Shown piece after piece: positions 21,792 through 32,600 of a stretch of 64,000 nucleotides of DNA (positions are counted from its first letter, which is position 1; each line of letters opens with the position of its first letter). The stretch lies in contig JBCBKE010000004.1 of NCBI GenBank assembly GCA_038522375.1, forward strand, positions 4,310 through 68,309, given 5' to 3'. The position numbers were made by a program, and so were the translations under genes. Source of the DNA: Pseudomonadota bacterium (GTDB lineage: Bacteria; Pseudomonadota; Alphaproteobacteria; Caulobacterales; Hyphomonadaceae). The notes under the pieces were generated by a model, which made no database searches, had not been told where the DNA came from, and worked only from the letters and a program-made list of their open reading frames with translations.

Positions 21792-24700
21792 ATGGGCGCG
21801 CCGCAATTCATCCACCTCGGGGTCAAGTCCAGCTATTCGCTGCTCCAAAGCATGGTGACGCCAAAAGCGCTGTCGCAGTGGCTCACTGAGCAGCGCATGC
21901 CTGCCGTGGCCGTCGCAGACCACAATTGCCTGTTCGGCGCGCTGGAGTTTTCGGAGCTATTGGCGGGGGTCGGTATCCAGCCGATCATGGCATGCACGTT
22001 CGATATCACGGACGGAAAACCGAAGACCGCCCTGAGCCAGGTATCGCTGTATGCCCAGAATGCAGCCGGCTACCGCCGCCTCATGGCGCTCTCGTCCCTG
22101 GCGTTTCTGGAGGCGAAGGATGGCCTTCCGAAACTCGATCGCAAGCACCTTCTGGACGACACTGAAGGCCTGATCCTCCTGACCGGCGGAAGCCTTGGCG
22201 ACGTTGGCGATCTGTGTGCGAAGGGCAAGATCGAGGAAGCCGGCGCAGCGCTGGATAGCCTGGCGAAGGCCTATCCAGGCCGGTGCTATGTGGAGATCAC
22301 CCGCCACGGCACCCAGGCAGAACGCGACAGCGAAGCCCCGATGCTGGACCTCGCATATGCGGCGGGTCTGCCGGTGGTGGCAACCCATGATGTCCGGTTC
22401 GTAAAGCCGGAAGACGCCGAAGCCCACGATGCGATGATGTGTATCGCGAACGGACGCTACCTCGGCGAAGATGATCGGCCCAGGGTGGAGCCGAGCCAGT
22501 ATCTGAAGACGGCCGAAGAGATGGCGACCTTGTTCGCCGACCTTCCCGAAGCGATTGAGCGGACGGCAGAGATCGCTCAGCGGTGTGCGATCAAGGCCGA
22601 ACTGCACCAACCCATATTACCGAGCTTCAGCGACGAGGCCGATGGGGAGGCAAGGGAGTTGCGCCGCCAGGCCGAAGCGGGGCTCGCCGGTCGTCTGGCG
22701 GATGCGGACCAGCTCTATGCCAGCCGTGAGACCTATGCTGAGCGGCTCGATTACGAGTTGGGCATCATCGAGAAGATGGGGTTTCCCGGCTACTTCCTCA
22801 TTGTCTCGGACTTCATCAAGTGGGCCAAGGAGCAGGACATTCCAGTGGGCCCGGGCCGTGGGTCGGGGGCCGGGTCGCTGGTGGCCTGGTCACTGCTGAT
22901 CACCGATCTCGACCCGCTTCGGTTCGACCTGCTGTTCGAACGGTTCCTGAACCCGGAAAGAGTATCGATGCCAGATTTCGATATCGATTTCTGCCAGGAG
23001 CGACGCGGAGAGGTCATCCGTTACGTCCGCGACAAGTATGGCGCCGACAGCGTCGCCATGATCATCACGTTCGGCACGCTCCAGGCCAAGGCCGTCGTGC
23101 GGGATGTGGGCCGGGTGATGCAGATGCCCTACGGTCAGGTCGACCGCTTGGCAAAGCTGATCCCGTTCAACCCTGCCAATCCTCCAAAGCTCCAGGAAGC
23201 GATCGATGACGAGCCGAAGTTCGATGAGGAGATCGAGAAGGATTCGAGGGTCGGGGACCTCCTGAAAACAGCCCTTCAGCTTGAGGGGCTATACCGGTCT
23301 GCCGGGACCCATGCGGCGGGCGTGGTGATCGCCGACAGGCCACTGACCGAGATCGTCCCGCTTTACAACGATCCCCGGTCTGAGTTGCCGGCGACCCAAT
23401 TCAACATGAAGTGGGCTGAACTGGGCGGTTTGGTGAAGTTCGACTTTCTCGGTCTCAAGACGCTGACCGTGATTGATCGGGCGCTGAAGTTCATTCGGCG
23501 GGACGGGGGCGATGTGACCGCTGCCTGGGAAAGTCTTGATGATCCGGCGACCTACGACCTGATGGCCTCTGGCGAAACCCTCGGTGTGTTCCAGCTGGAA
23601 GGCCAGGGCATGCGTGACACCCTGAAAAAGGTCCGGCCCGGTAATATCGAAGATGTCATCGCGATCATTTCACTCTACAGGCCTGGGCCGATGGACAACA
23701 TCCCCGTCTACGTCCAGGGCAAGGAGGATCCCTCGACCATCTCCTACCAGCATCCAGACCTGAAACCGATCCTGGAAGCCACTTACGGGGTGCCGGTCTA
23801 CCAGGAACAGGTGATGCGGATGGCCCAGGAAATCGCCGGCTATTCGCTGGGCGAGGCTGACCTTCTCCGCCGGGCCATGGGCAAGAAGAAGAAAGAGGAA
23901 ATGGACAAGCAGCGGGCCCGCTTCGTGCAGGGCGCGGCTGAACTCAAGAACATTGATGGGGACCTGGCGAACGAGATTTTCGACACAATGGCGAAGTTCG
24001 CGGGCTATGGCTTCAACAAGTCCCACGCCGCAGCGTATGCCCAGATCGGTTACCATACGGGCTATCTGAAGTGCCATCACCCGGTCGCTTTCCTGGCCGC
24101 CTCGATGAGCCTCGATATCCACAATACCGACAAACTGGCCGCTTTTTTCCAGGAGGCCAAACGGCTGAAAATCCCCGTGAGGGCCCCCGACGTGACCCGC
24201 TCGACCGCCGACTTTGATGTGGACGGCGACACAATCGTCTACGCCCTCGGCGCCTTGAAGGGCGTCGGCCTGGAAGCCATGCGCCATCTGGAGAAAGTGC
24301 GGGCCGAGACACCCTTCAAGAGCCTCCAGAGCTTTGCCGAAACGGTCGATCCACGGGAGCTCAACAAGAAGGCCTTCGAGCAGTTGTCCCGGGCCGGAGC
24401 GTTCGATGCCCTGGAGCCGAACCGGGCGCGGGCCCTTGGGGGCGCGCCCACCTTGTCGGCGCTGTGCTCGAGTGCCGCAGAGGACCGGGCAGGGGGGCAG
24501 GGCGGGCTCTTCGGTGAAAGCGAGCCCTCCGCACAGGTCACCCTCCCCAAGACAAAGGACTGGAGCGTACAGCGGCGGCTTGATGAGGAGTTCAAGGCGA
24601 TCGGCTTCTACTTCTCGGGCCATCCGCTCGATGATGTGCTGCAGGGATTGGACCGGGACCGGGTGACGCTTGCGATGGAGATCGGGGCCCGCGCCGAGGA

Positions 24701-25202
24701 CGGCAAACCCCTCGATCTGATCGGCATCGTTAGGGCACGGGTCGAGAAGCCTGCTCGCAATGGCGGAAAGTTTGCGTTCCTCACCCTTTCCGACCCCACC
24801 GGCGAGGTGGAACTGATGGTCTACCCCGAAGTCCTGACCAGCCATCGGGACCAGTTGGAGGTCGGACAGGCTGTTGCGATCACCGTCAGCGTCCGGCGCC
24901 GGGACGAAGAGATCAGGCTCGCGGCCGAGGCCATCCGGCCGCTGGAGAAGGCGCGCATCGCCAAGCCGAGCGATGGTCTCACGGTTCGCCTGGGTCTTGG
25001 CGTCGATCCCGGCGATATCGCGGCGGTCACAGACGCCCTGAAAACGCTGCCGGGCCCCGACCGGGGAGAAATCAAGGTCGAACTGCCCCTCAGCGATGGC
25101 CGGGTCGTCACCATCCTCCTGCCGGAGCGGTACACAACAGGTGTTCCGGCAAAACAGCTCCTGAAAACGGCTCCGGGTGTTGCGCGTGTCGACGCAGCCT
25201 GA
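21792..25202 (+). CDS. dnaE: DNA polymerase III subunit alpha
   Basis: 1136-aa protein with a PHP domain N-terminus (...FIHLGVKSSYSLL...), the polymerase core (...GPGRGSGAGSLVAWSL...DFDIDFC...) and an OB fold near the C-terminus. Confidence 0.97.
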   Translation: MGAPQFIHLGVKSSYSLLQSMVTPKALSQWLTEQRMPAVAVADHNCLFGALEFSELLAGVGIQPIMACTFDITDGKPKTALSQVSLYAQNAAGYRRLMALSSLAFLEAKDGLPKLDRKHLLDDTEGLILLTGGSLGDVGDLCAKGKIEEAGAALDSLAKAYPGRCYVEITRHGTQAERDSEAPMLDLAYAAGLPVVATHDVRFVKPEDAEAHDAMMCIANGRYLGEDDRPRVEPSQYLKTAEEMATLFADLPEAIERTAEIAQRCAIKAELHQPILPSFSDEADGEARELRRQAEAGLAGRLADADQLYASRETYAERLDYELGIIEKMGFPGYFLIVSDFIKWAKEQDIPVGPGRGSGAGSLVAWSLLITDLDPLRFDLLFERFLNPERVSMPDFDIDFCQERRGEVIRYVRDKYGADSVAMIITFGTLQAKAVVRDVGRVMQMPYGQVDRLAKLIPFNPANPPKLQEAIDDEPKFDEEIEKDSRVGDLLKTALQLEGLYRSAGTHAAGVVIADRPLTEIVPLYNDPRSELPATQFNMKWAELGGLVKFDFLGLKTLTVIDRALKFIRRDGGDVTAAWESLDDPATYDLMASGETLGVFQLEGQGMRDTLKKVRPGNIEDVIAIISLYRPGPMDNIPVYVQGKEDPSTISYQHPDLKPILEATYGVPVYQEQVMRMAQEIAGYSLGEADLLRRAMGKKKKEEMDKQRARFVQGAAELKNIDGDLANEIFDTMAKFAGYGFNKSHAAAYAQIGYHTGYLKCHHPVAFLAASMSLDIHNTDKLAAFFQEAKRLKIPVRAPDVTRSTADFDVDGDTIVYALGALKGVGLEAMRHLEKVRAETPFKSLQSFAETVDPRELNKKAFEQLSRAGAFDALEPNRARALGGAPTLSALCSSAAEDRAGGQGGLFGESEPSAQVTLPKTKDWSVQRRLDEEFKAIGFYFSGHPLDDVLQGLDRDRVTLAMEIGARAEDGKPLDLIGIVRARVEKPARNGGKFAFLTLSDPTGEVELMVYPEVLTSHRDQLEVGQAVAITVSVRRRDEEIRLAAEAIRPLEKARIAKPSDGLTVRLGLGVDPGDIAAVTDALKTLPGPDRGEIKVELPLSDGRVVTILLPERYTTGVPAKQLLKTAPGVARVDAA

Positions 25203-25342
25203 GGTGTTGCCCGGGGTATGGTTGCACGGCGGCGGAAAATCTGTAAAAGCACGCGCACAACTCCAAGCATGGGTATTTCCGGTGCATGGGGGCTTAGGCG
25301 CCTCCTTGTCCCTCCCATGTCGGTCAACCGGAAGAGGACAAC

Positions 25343-26173
25343 ATGGCACTTCCCGATTTCACCATGCGGCAGCTACTCGAGGCTGGCGTACACTTCGGTC
25401 ACCAGACCCACCGCTGGAACCCCAAGATGGCCTCGTTCATCTATGGCGAACGGTCCCAGATTCACATTCTCGACTTGTCAAAGACAGTTCCGCTGCTGCA
25501 CCAGGCGCTTGTCCAGGTGCGCGATACGGTCGCAAAGGGTGGCCGGGTCCTGTTCGTGGGTACCAAGCGTCAAGCCTCCGAGCCGATTGCCGAGGCCGCC
25601 CAGCGCTGCGCCCAGTACTACATGAACCATCGCTGGCTCGGCGGCACGCTTACCAATTGGCAGACGGTGTCAAACTCGATCAAGCGCCTCAAGGAACTCG
25701 ATGCGATGTTCGAGAGTGGCGGCGGCCAGGGGCTCACGAAGAAAGAGCTGCTGAACCTGGAGCGCGAGCGGGAGAAACTTCAGCGGGCCCTTGGCGGTAT
25801 TGCCAATATGGGCGGCCTGCCTGATCTCATGTTCGTTATCGACACGAACAAGGAAGCCATTGCGGTCAAGGAAGCGCGAAAGCTGGGCATCCCCGTGGTC
25901 GGTGTCGTGGATACAAACTGTGACCCCGACGATGTGGATTTCCCTTTCCCCGGCAATGATGACGCGGCCCGGGCGATCTCGCTCTACTGTAACCTCATGG
26001 CCGACGCCGTGACCGACGGTCTGGCCGAGAGTTCGGCGGAGCTGGGGATGGACCTCGGAGACCTTGAAGATCTCGGTGATCTCACCGATCTGGATGTGGC
26101 CGTCGCTGACGCTGCTGAAGAGGCAGTGGAACTGGCGCCCACGAGTGAAACCCCGGCTGAACCGGCAAGCTAG
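25343..26173 (+). CDS. rpsB: 30S ribosomal protein S2 (acidic C-terminal tail)
   Basis: Begins [29 protein letters not shown].... Confidence 0.97.
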   Translation: MALPDFTMRQLLEAGVHFGHQTHRWNPKMASFIYGERSQIHILDLSKTVPLLHQALVQVRDTVAKGGRVLFVGTKRQASEPIAEAAQRCAQYYMNHRWLGGTLTNWQTVSNSIKRLKELDAMFESGGGQGLTKKELLNLEREREKLQRALGGIANMGGLPDLMFVIDTNKEAIAVKEARKLGIPVVGVVDTNCDPDDVDFPFPGNDDAARAISLYCNLMADAVTDGLAESSAELGMDLGDLEDLGDLTDLDVAVADAAEEAVELAPTSETPAEPAS

Positions 26174-26253
26174 TCGGGCGCGTTCAGCGTCTGCAGCGTG
26201 ACCGGTAGTCGCCGGCACCAATGATTTTTTGAGCATTTTCAGAGGAAGACATC

Positions 26254-27159
26254 ATGGCTCAAATTACTGCCGCCCTCGTGAAGGATCTGCGCGACAAGAC
26301 CGGTGCAGGGATGATGGATGCCAAAAAGGCGCTCGTGGAGAGCGATGGCGACATGGAAGCCGCTGTCGATTGGCTGCGTGCAAAGGGCCTGTCAAAGGCT
26401 GCGAAGAAGTCGGGTCGTACAGCAGCCGATGGCCTTGTTGCGGCGGTTTTGTCCAAGGACGGCAAGACCGGTGCTCTGGTCGAGCTGAACGCAGAGACCG
26501 ATTTCGTGGCGCGGAACGAGGGCTTTCAGAAGGCCCTTAAGGCGATTGCCGAAACGGCTCTGGAAACCGATGGCACGCTTGAGGCGCTAAAGGCAGCTCC
26601 CGCCCCGGAAGGCGAAGGTAGCGTCGAAGACATGATCACGCGGATGATCGCAACGATTGGCGAAAACATCTCCCTGCGCCGGACCGCGAAGCTCACCGCG
26701 AGCGGCGCCGTATCAGCCTATATCCACAATGTGGAAGCAGAGGGCATGGGCAAGGTCGGTGTCCTTGTCGGGCTGGACGGGCCGGGCAAGGATATGGCCG
26801 ACCTGGGCAAGAAGGTTGCCATGCATGTGGCCGCCACCTCGCCTGCCTCGGCGTCGGTCGATGACCTCGATCCGGCCCTGGTGGCGCGTGAGCGTGAAGT
26901 GTTGACCGAGGAAGCCCGCGCCAGCGGCAAACCGGACAATGTCATCGAGAAGATGATCGATGGGCGCATGAAAAAGTACTACAAGGAAGTGGTGCTCGTG
27001 GAGCAGCCCTTTGTGATGGACCCGGACAATACGGTCGGCAAGGTCCTCTCCGAAGCCAAGGCGGAGCTTGCCGGTTTCGCGCGCTTTGCATTGGGCGAAG
27101 GCATCGAGAAGAAAGAAGAAGACTTCGCTGCTGAAGTGGCCGCTGTTTCCAAGACATAA
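26254..27159 (+). CDS. tsf: translation elongation factor Ts
   Basis: Begins MAQITAALVKDLRDKTGAGMMDAKKALVE.... Confidence 0.97.
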   Translation: MAQITAALVKDLRDKTGAGMMDAKKALVESDGDMEAAVDWLRAKGLSKAAKKSGRTAADGLVAAVLSKDGKTGALVELNAETDFVARNEGFQKALKAIAETALETDGTLEALKAAPAPEGEGSVEDMITRMIATIGENISLRRTAKLTASGAVSAYIHNVEAEGMGKVGVLVGLDGPGKDMADLGKKVAMHVAATSPASASVDDLDPALVAREREVLTEEARASGKPDNVIEKMIDGRMKKYYKEVVLVEQPFVMDPDNTVGKVLSEAKAELAGFARFALGEGIEKKEEDFAAEVAAVSKT

Positions 27160-27179
27160 GCCCTCCGGGTGCAGTCTGA

Positions 27180-27216
27180 TCATCGCCCCGTCTTTTCGTA
27201 AGGAATGGGGCGATGA
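27180..27216 (+). terminator. perfect 10-bp stem-loop in the tsf-pyrH spacer (no U-tract)
   Basis: TCATCGCCCC - 17-nt loop - GGGGCGATGA, located 21 nt after the tsf stop. Confidence 0.35.
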
Positions 27217-27268
27217 CATCGCAGGCCATTTCCGGTAGGTGACGCTGAAACCTGTCCGGAGAGCTTGA

Positions 27269-28027
27269 ATGTCGATGATAGCGTCCAGCGAGCAACGCGG
27301 CTGCGCCTACGGGCGCGCACTGTTGAAACTCTCCGGCGAAGCGCTGATGGGCGATAAGGAGTTCGGCATTGATACGCCGACCTGCCGAAAATTCGCCGAA
27401 GAGATCAGGGATGCGCGTGCACTGGGTCCAGAACTCTGCGTGGTGATCGGCGGCGGTAACATCTTCCGCGGACTGTCGGGCTCTGCCAACGGCATGGAAC
27501 GGGCCCAGGCCGATAGTATGGGCATGCTGGCGACGGTCATGAATGCGCTCGCGATGCAAAGTGCCTTGGAGCAGTTGGGCGTGCCGACGCGGGTTCAGTC
27601 GGCCATCCGCATGGAAACGGTGTGCGAACCGTTCATCCGGCGCCGGGCGATCAGGCATATGGAGAAGGGGCGCGTGGTGATCTTCGCTGCGGGTACTGGC
27701 AATCCCTTCTTCACCACCGATACGGGCGCGGCGCTGCGGGCAGCAGAGATGGGATGCGAGGTGATGCTCAAGGGCACCCAGGTGGACGGCGTTTATTCAG
27801 CTGACCCCAAAACCGACCCGACGGCTGCGCGATATGATCGCCTGGGCTACCAGGATGTGCTGGCGCGAAATCTGAAAGTGATGGATGCTTCGGCGGTGAG
27901 CTTGATGCGTGACGCAAACATTCCGATAATCGTGTTTTCCTTGCACCAGAAAGGTGCGCTTACGGAGGTTCTCTGCCAGCGTGGCAAGTACACGCTGATA
28001 TCGAACCAGTCAGAGGCAAACCCATGA
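27269..28027 (+). CDS. pyrH: UMP kinase
   Basis: Contains ...[13 protein letters not shown]... and ...[11 protein letters not shown].... The start could instead be the second ATG, 6 nt downstream. Confidence 0.93.
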   Translation: MSMIASSEQRGCAYGRALLKLSGEALMGDKEFGIDTPTCRKFAEEIRDARALGPELCVVIGGGNIFRGLSGSANGMERAQADSMGMLATVMNALAMQSALEQLGVPTRVQSAIRMETVCEPFIRRRAIRHMEKGRVVIFAAGTGNPFFTTDTGAALRAAEMGCEVMLKGTQVDGVYSADPKTDPTAARYDRLGYQDVLARNLKVMDASAVSLMRDANIPIIVFSLHQKGALTEVLCQRGKYTLISNQSEANP

Positions 28028-28578
28028 GTTTCGACAAGAAAGATCTTGAGCGCCGTATGGAAGGCGCCCTGACCGCGCTCGGCCAGGAATTTGCGGGCCT
28101 TCGGACGGGCCGGGCGTCTGTGAACCTGCTCGATACGGTGAAGGTGACGGCCTACGGATCGGAGATGCCGTTGAATCAGGTGGGGTCGATCTCTGTACCG
28201 GAGTCGCGCATGTTGGCGGTGAATATCTGGGACAAGGGCATGGTTGGCGCTGCGGACAAGGCCATCCGGGACGCAGGGCTGGGGCTGAACCCCGTGGTGG
28301 ACGGCACCAATCTTCGGATCCCGATCCCCCCGCTTAACGAGGAGCGCCGGGCAGAGCTTGCAAAGATCGCTGGCAAGTACGCTGAAGCGGCGCGGGTTGC
28401 CGTGCGCAATGTGAGGCGGGACGGCATGGACCAGCTCAAGAAGATGGAGAAGGACGGAGAGATCGGCGAAGACAAGCAGCGGGGACTGTCCGACGACGTC
28501 CAGAAGCTCACCGACAGCTTCATTGGCCGAATTGATGACGCCCTGAAGGCCAAGGAAGAGGAGATCATGCAGGTCTGA
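28024..28578 (+). CDS. frr: ribosome recycling factor
   Basis: 184-aa protein with ...[12 protein letters not shown]... and ...[11 protein letters not shown].... The start overlaps the pyrH stop. Confidence 0.96.
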   Translation: MSFDKKDLERRMEGALTALGQEFAGLRTGRASVNLLDTVKVTAYGSEMPLNQVGSISVPESRMLAVNIWDKGMVGAADKAIRDAGLGLNPVVDGTNLRIPIPPLNEERRAELAKIAGKYAEAARVAVRNVRRDGMDQLKKMEKDGEIGEDKQRGLSDDVQKLTDSFIGRIDDALKAKEEEIMQV

Positions 28579-29339
28579 TGTCCCAACGCCCCGCCGCCAA
28601 TCAGATCACGCAAAGCGGCAACGGCGGTAAGCCGACCTTGCATGTGGCCATCATCATGGATGGCAACGGAAGATGGGCCAAGGCCCGAGGGCTTCCCCGG
28701 TCCGCAGGCCATGAACGCGGTGTCGAGGCGCTTCGCCGCGTTGTCGAGGCTGCCGGCCAGTACGGCGTGACGCATCTCACGGTATTTTCGTTTTCGACGG
28801 AGAACTGGCGGCGGCCTGCTGCTGAAGTCAGCACCCTCTTCATGTTGCTGAAGTCCTATATCCGCCGCGATCTCAAACGTCTGTCGAGCGAGGGCGTTCG
28901 GGTGCGGGTGATTGGTACTGAAGAAAACCTGCCCGCTGATATCAAGTCCCTGATTGCCGATGCTGAGGGGGAAACCGAGGGGAATGGGCGGTTCCACCTG
29001 ACGGTCGCCTTCAATTATGGCGGGCGGGAAGAGATCTTGCGGGCGGCAAGGCTGTTGGCGTCGGATGTGGCGCGCGGGGACCGGGCCGCCGATGCGGTCG
29101 ACGAAGCCAGTTTCAGCGCTGCGCTGGATACCGCGGACATGCCCGACCCCGATCTTCTGATCCGCACCAGTGGGGAAAAGCGCATCAGCAATTTCCTGCT
29201 CTGGCAGTGTGCGTATTCGGAGCTTTATTTCACCGATACGCTTTGGCCGGATTTCAGCGAGAAAGATCTCAAGGCCGCGCTCGACTCCTTTGCCCAGCGG
29301 GAGCGGCGGTATGGCGCGGTGACGCCCGGTGCCGCCTGA
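28578..29339 (+). CDS. uppS: di-trans,poly-cis-undecaprenyl-diphosphate synthase
   Basis: Contains HVAIIMDGNGRWAKARGLPRSAGHERG, ...FSFSTENWRRP... and ...LIRTSGEKRISNFLLWQ.... Confidence 0.95.
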   Translation: MSQRPAANQITQSGNGGKPTLHVAIIMDGNGRWAKARGLPRSAGHERGVEALRRVVEAAGQYGVTHLTVFSFSTENWRRPAAEVSTLFMLLKSYIRRDLKRLSSEGVRVRVIGTEENLPADIKSLIADAEGETEGNGRFHLTVAFNYGGREEILRAARLLASDVARGDRAADAVDEASFSAALDTADMPDPDLLIRTSGEKRISNFLLWQCAYSELYFTDTLWPDFSEKDLKAALDSFAQRERRYGAVTPGAA

Positions 29340-30162
29340 CACCGAAAACCGTCCAGCCACATCGGAGCGCACCCTGGGCGAGTTGGCACTGCGTCTCATC
29401 ACAGCGGCCGTCCTGATCCCATTCGCCCTTGCGGTCGTCTGGCTTGGCGGGTGGAGTTTGGCCCTTGGAGCGGCCGCCTTCGCCTTGGCCATGGCCTATG
29501 AGTGGTCGGCCATGAGCAGGCTGAAGTGGCGCAAACTGGCCATGGCCTGGGTGGCGATTGCGAATCTTGCCGTGCCGTGGGTTGGGCTCTCGGTGGGTCT
29601 GGGCGTGCTCTGCACCGGCGCGATTGTCTTCGCAGGCCTCGCCGGACGGGACCGCCTCATGGCGGGGTTCGGACTCCTGTATGCGGGCGGCCTGCCTCTG
29701 GGCTTGCAAGCCCTGCGCATGGGAGAATGGGACGGCCAGTCGGCAGCCTTGATCTTAATGGCCATCGTCTGGGCGTCGGACTCGGCAGCCTATTTTGCGG
29801 GCCGCGGGTTTGGTGGGCCGCCGCTATCGTCTGACAGTCCGAACAAGACGTGGAGCGGTGCCTTAGGGGCGGTGTTCTGTTGTACCCTTTGCGGGGCGAT
29901 TGCTGCAGGCATCCTGAATGGCAACCAGGTCGTGTGGCTGTTGGTGGGGGCTGGTATCTCGGTTGTGGCCCAGGGTGGCGATCTCCTCGAGTCCTCGATC
30001 AAGCGGCATTACGGGGTGAAGGATGCCAGCCGATTGGTGCCTGGACATGGCGGGGTGATGGATAGGGTCGACGGTCTTGGTGCAGTTTGCGTGATCGGTG
30101 GGTTGATCTTGACCGCGTCTCCGGGTTTGGTCGCAGCCTTGGGGCTACAGGTTGCGCTTTGA
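29329..30162 (+). CDS. cdsA: phosphatidate cytidylyltransferase
   Basis: Polytopic membrane protein with ...SDSAAYFAGRGFG...KTWSGALG... and a C-terminal ...KRHYGVKDASRLVPGHGGVMDRVD.... GTG start. Confidence 0.92.
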   Translation: MPPDTENRPATSERTLGELALRLITAAVLIPFALAVVWLGGWSLALGAAAFALAMAYEWSAMSRLKWRKLAMAWVAIANLAVPWVGLSVGLGVLCTGAIVFAGLAGRDRLMAGFGLLYAGGLPLGLQALRMGEWDGQSAALILMAIVWASDSAAYFAGRGFGGPPLSSDSPNKTWSGALGAVFCCTLCGAIAAGILNGNQVVWLLVGAGISVVAQGGDLLESSIKRHYGVKDASRLVPGHGGVMDRVDGLGAVCVIGGLILTASPGLVAALGLQVAL

Positions 30163-31368
30163 ATGACAGAACCGACCGCCATTTCTATCATGGGGGCGAC
30201 GGGCTCGATCGGCACGTCGGCGCTGAACGTGATTGCGCATGCCAACGCGGTCGCAAGCGATGGTCCCCGCTTCCGGGTCGTTGCGCTTGTCGCCAATGGC
30301 GATGCCGTGACGCTCGCCGAGCAGGCCCTGGCCGTTCGGCCGGAGATTGCGGTCGTGGCCGACGACGCAGCCCTTCCCGACCTTCGGGGGCGTCTTGAGG
30401 GATCCGGCATAGCGGTCGCCGGCGGCCAGGAAGCGGTCATAGAGGCCGCCTTGAGACCGTGTGACAAGCTGCTCGCCGCGATCAGCGGATCGGCTGGGCT
30501 GGCGTCGACGCTGGCGGCAGTGCAGGCGGGCTACACGGTCGCGTTGGCCAACAAGGAGAGTATTGTCTGCGCCGGTGCGTTGATCCTGGCAGAGGCGGCG
30601 CGAACCGGCGCGACGATCCTGCCGGTCGATTCCGAACACAACGCCATTTTCCAGGTCTGGCAGGAGGGCAGGGGACTCGAAAAGTTGACTATCACGGCCT
30701 CGGGCGGACCCTTTCGGACAGCCGACCGCGCGACGCTCGCCGTCGCATCGCCCGACGCGGCAAAGGCCCATCCGAACTGGGACATGGGTCCCAAGAATTC
30801 GATCGACAGTGCCACCCTGATGAACAAGGCCCTCGAATTCATCGAGGCCAGTTACCTGTTCGGCATCCATGAGCGCCAGATTGATGTGGTGGTGCATCCC
30901 CAGTCCATCGTCCACGGCATGGCGCACTTCGTGGATGGGTCGGTTCTCGCCCAGTTGGGCGTTCCAGACATGCGGACGCCCATAGCCAATGCCCTGGCCT
31001 GGCCGAACAGGGTCAGCGCGCCTGTGGAGCGATTGGATCTGGCGGCTGTGGGGGCATTGACGTTCGAACCTGTGGATTCGGCCCGCTTTCCGGCCGTGGA
31101 CTTCGCCCGTCATGCCAGCCGGAGCGGAAACGCCGCTGCGACATTGTTAAATAGCGCTAATGAAGCGGCGGTTGCTGCTTTTCTTGGGGGCAAGTGCGGT
31201 TTTCTCGACATAAGCTGGGTCGTCGGCGAGGTGCTTGAGCGTTATGCCGACACGAATTTTGCCGGCATGGCGTGCGATACACTCGAGGAAGTGATGTACC
31301 TGGACCAAACCGGGCGGCGCCTGGCAGCGGACTTGCTGAAACAGGCGCCTAGGCCGACAGGAGGATAG
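30163..31368 (+). CDS. dxr: 1-deoxy-D-xylulose-5-phosphate reductoisomerase
   Basis: Contains ...ISIMGATGSIGTSAL..., ...LANKESIV... and ...PVDSEHNAIFQ.... Confidence 0.95.
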   Translation: MTEPTAISIMGATGSIGTSALNVIAHANAVASDGPRFRVVALVANGDAVTLAEQALAVRPEIAVVADDAALPDLRGRLEGSGIAVAGGQEAVIEAALRPCDKLLAAISGSAGLASTLAAVQAGYTVALANKESIVCAGALILAEAARTGATILPVDSEHNAIFQVWQEGRGLEKLTITASGGPFRTADRATLAVASPDAAKAHPNWDMGPKNSIDSATLMNKALEFIEASYLFGIHERQIDVVVHPQSIVHGMAHFVDGSVLAQLGVPDMRTPIANALAWPNRVSAPVERLDLAAVGALTFEPVDSARFPAVDFARHASRSGNAAATLLNSANEAAVAAFLGGKCGFLDISWVVGEVLERYADTNFAGMACDTLEEVMYLDQTGRRLAADLLKQAPRPTGG

Positions 31369-31371
31369 GTT

Positions 31372-32529
31372 TTGGATAGTTTGCTCACGCAAGGCCCGAT
31401 TTTCATTATCAGTTTGATTTTCATGCTGGGTATCGTCGTGGTCATCCACGAATTGGGTCACTATTTGGTGGGACGCTGGTACGGGGCAGCAGCAGAATCA
31501 TTCTCCGTCGGTTTCGGAAAGCCCCTTATCGAGCGGCGCGACAGCAACGGCACGCGGTGGCGGATCAACCGCATTCCGTTTGGGGGTTTTGTGGCTTTTG
31601 TCCCCGACCGCGAAGCGCTGGAGGCCCAGCCCCATCCGCTCAAGGGGTTACCCTTCAACGAGGTGGGACTTGGTGCCCGGTCACTGGTGATGCTGGCAGG
31701 ACCTGTGGCAAACTTCCTCCTCGCGATCGTGCTCTTCTCCATCATTTTCCTGCTGAGCGGCGAGGTACGCCAGGCGGTATCGATCGGCATGGTGCAACCC
31801 GATAGCCCTGCGGAACGGGCGGGTCTGGAGGTTGGTGACCGCTTCCTGACGGTCAATGGCGATGTGGTCGAGAATACGAACTCCGTACGGCTTCCGGTGA
31901 TCATGAGTTCAGCGACACCGGTTGAGCTTGGCATTGAGCGGAACGGTGAACTTATCGATCTGATTGTGGTTCCGGAGCGGCAGGTTCGAGACAACGGCCT
32001 GGGACAGATGGTGCCACAAGGTACGATCGGTATCGGGTTTGCCCTTGAGCCCTTGCCATCGAAACAGCACAATCCGGCAACGGCTGTCATGGCCGGGGTG
32101 GCGGAAACGGGCGAAACAATCGAATTGTCAGTGAACCTGATTGGCAGGATTGTTCGCGGGCAGGAACCGCTCGACCAGCTATCTGGTCCCGTGGGGATTG
32201 GGGACGTGACCCGGCGGGTTGTGAACCGAACCCTTGGCGCTGAACATCTCTCGATCGGTCAGCGCCTTTGGGCCGGTACGCTTTTCATTGTGCAGCTGTG
32301 CGCCCTGGTGTCTGTGGGGATCGGACTTTTCAATCTGCTGCCACTGCCAATCCTGGATGGCGGACATCTCGTGTTCAATGCATATGAAGCGATCGCTGGA
32401 AAAGCTGTGCCGGAGAACGTACAGGAGGCGAGCCTCACTGTTGGCCTGTTCCTGCTCATCGGGATGGCGGCCATCATCACCTGGGGTGACATTGTCGAGA
32501 CGGGCGTGTTCAACACGGCGAACGGCTGA
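31372..32529 (+). CDS. rseP: RIP zinc metalloprotease RseP (site-2 protease)
   Basis: HELGHY motif in the first TM, a PDZ-like central region, and a C-terminal ...NLLPLPILDGGH.... TTG start. Confidence 0.92.
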   Translation: MDSLLTQGPIFIISLIFMLGIVVVIHELGHYLVGRWYGAAAESFSVGFGKPLIERRDSNGTRWRINRIPFGGFVAFVPDREALEAQPHPLKGLPFNEVGLGARSLVMLAGPVANFLLAIVLFSIIFLLSGEVRQAVSIGMVQPDSPAERAGLEVGDRFLTVNGDVVENTNSVRLPVIMSSATPVELGIERNGELIDLIVVPERQVRDNGLGQMVPQGTIGIGFALEPLPSKQHNPATAVMAGVAETGETIELSVNLIGRIVRGQEPLDQLSGPVGIGDVTRRVVNRTLGAEHLSIGQRLWAGTLFIVQLCALVSVGIGLFNLLPLPILDGGHLVFNAYEAIAGKAVPENVQEASLTVGLFLLIGMAAIITWGDIVETGVFNTANG

Positions 32530-32600
32530 CCAGTCGGACGCGGGGATGTCCAGCAAGACGTCCCGCTGGCCCGGCCAGCACATTCGGAAGAGGGTCCAGT

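Noticed and set aside
25203-25342. Possible rpsB leader / S2 autoregulatory RNA upstream of rpsB. It has a direct repeat GCATGGG (two copies) and the palindrome AGGCGCCT.
   Set aside because: I cannot fold a convincing conserved structure by eye, and the described rpsB leader is a gammaproteobacterial element. This would need covariance-model scanning.
26202-26230. Weak hairpin (CCGG-N6-CCGG) followed by a T6 run between rpsB and tsf, as a possible attenuator or terminator.
   Set aside because: The stem is only 4 bp, and the T-run lies 7 nt away from it. It does not meet intrinsic-terminator geometry.
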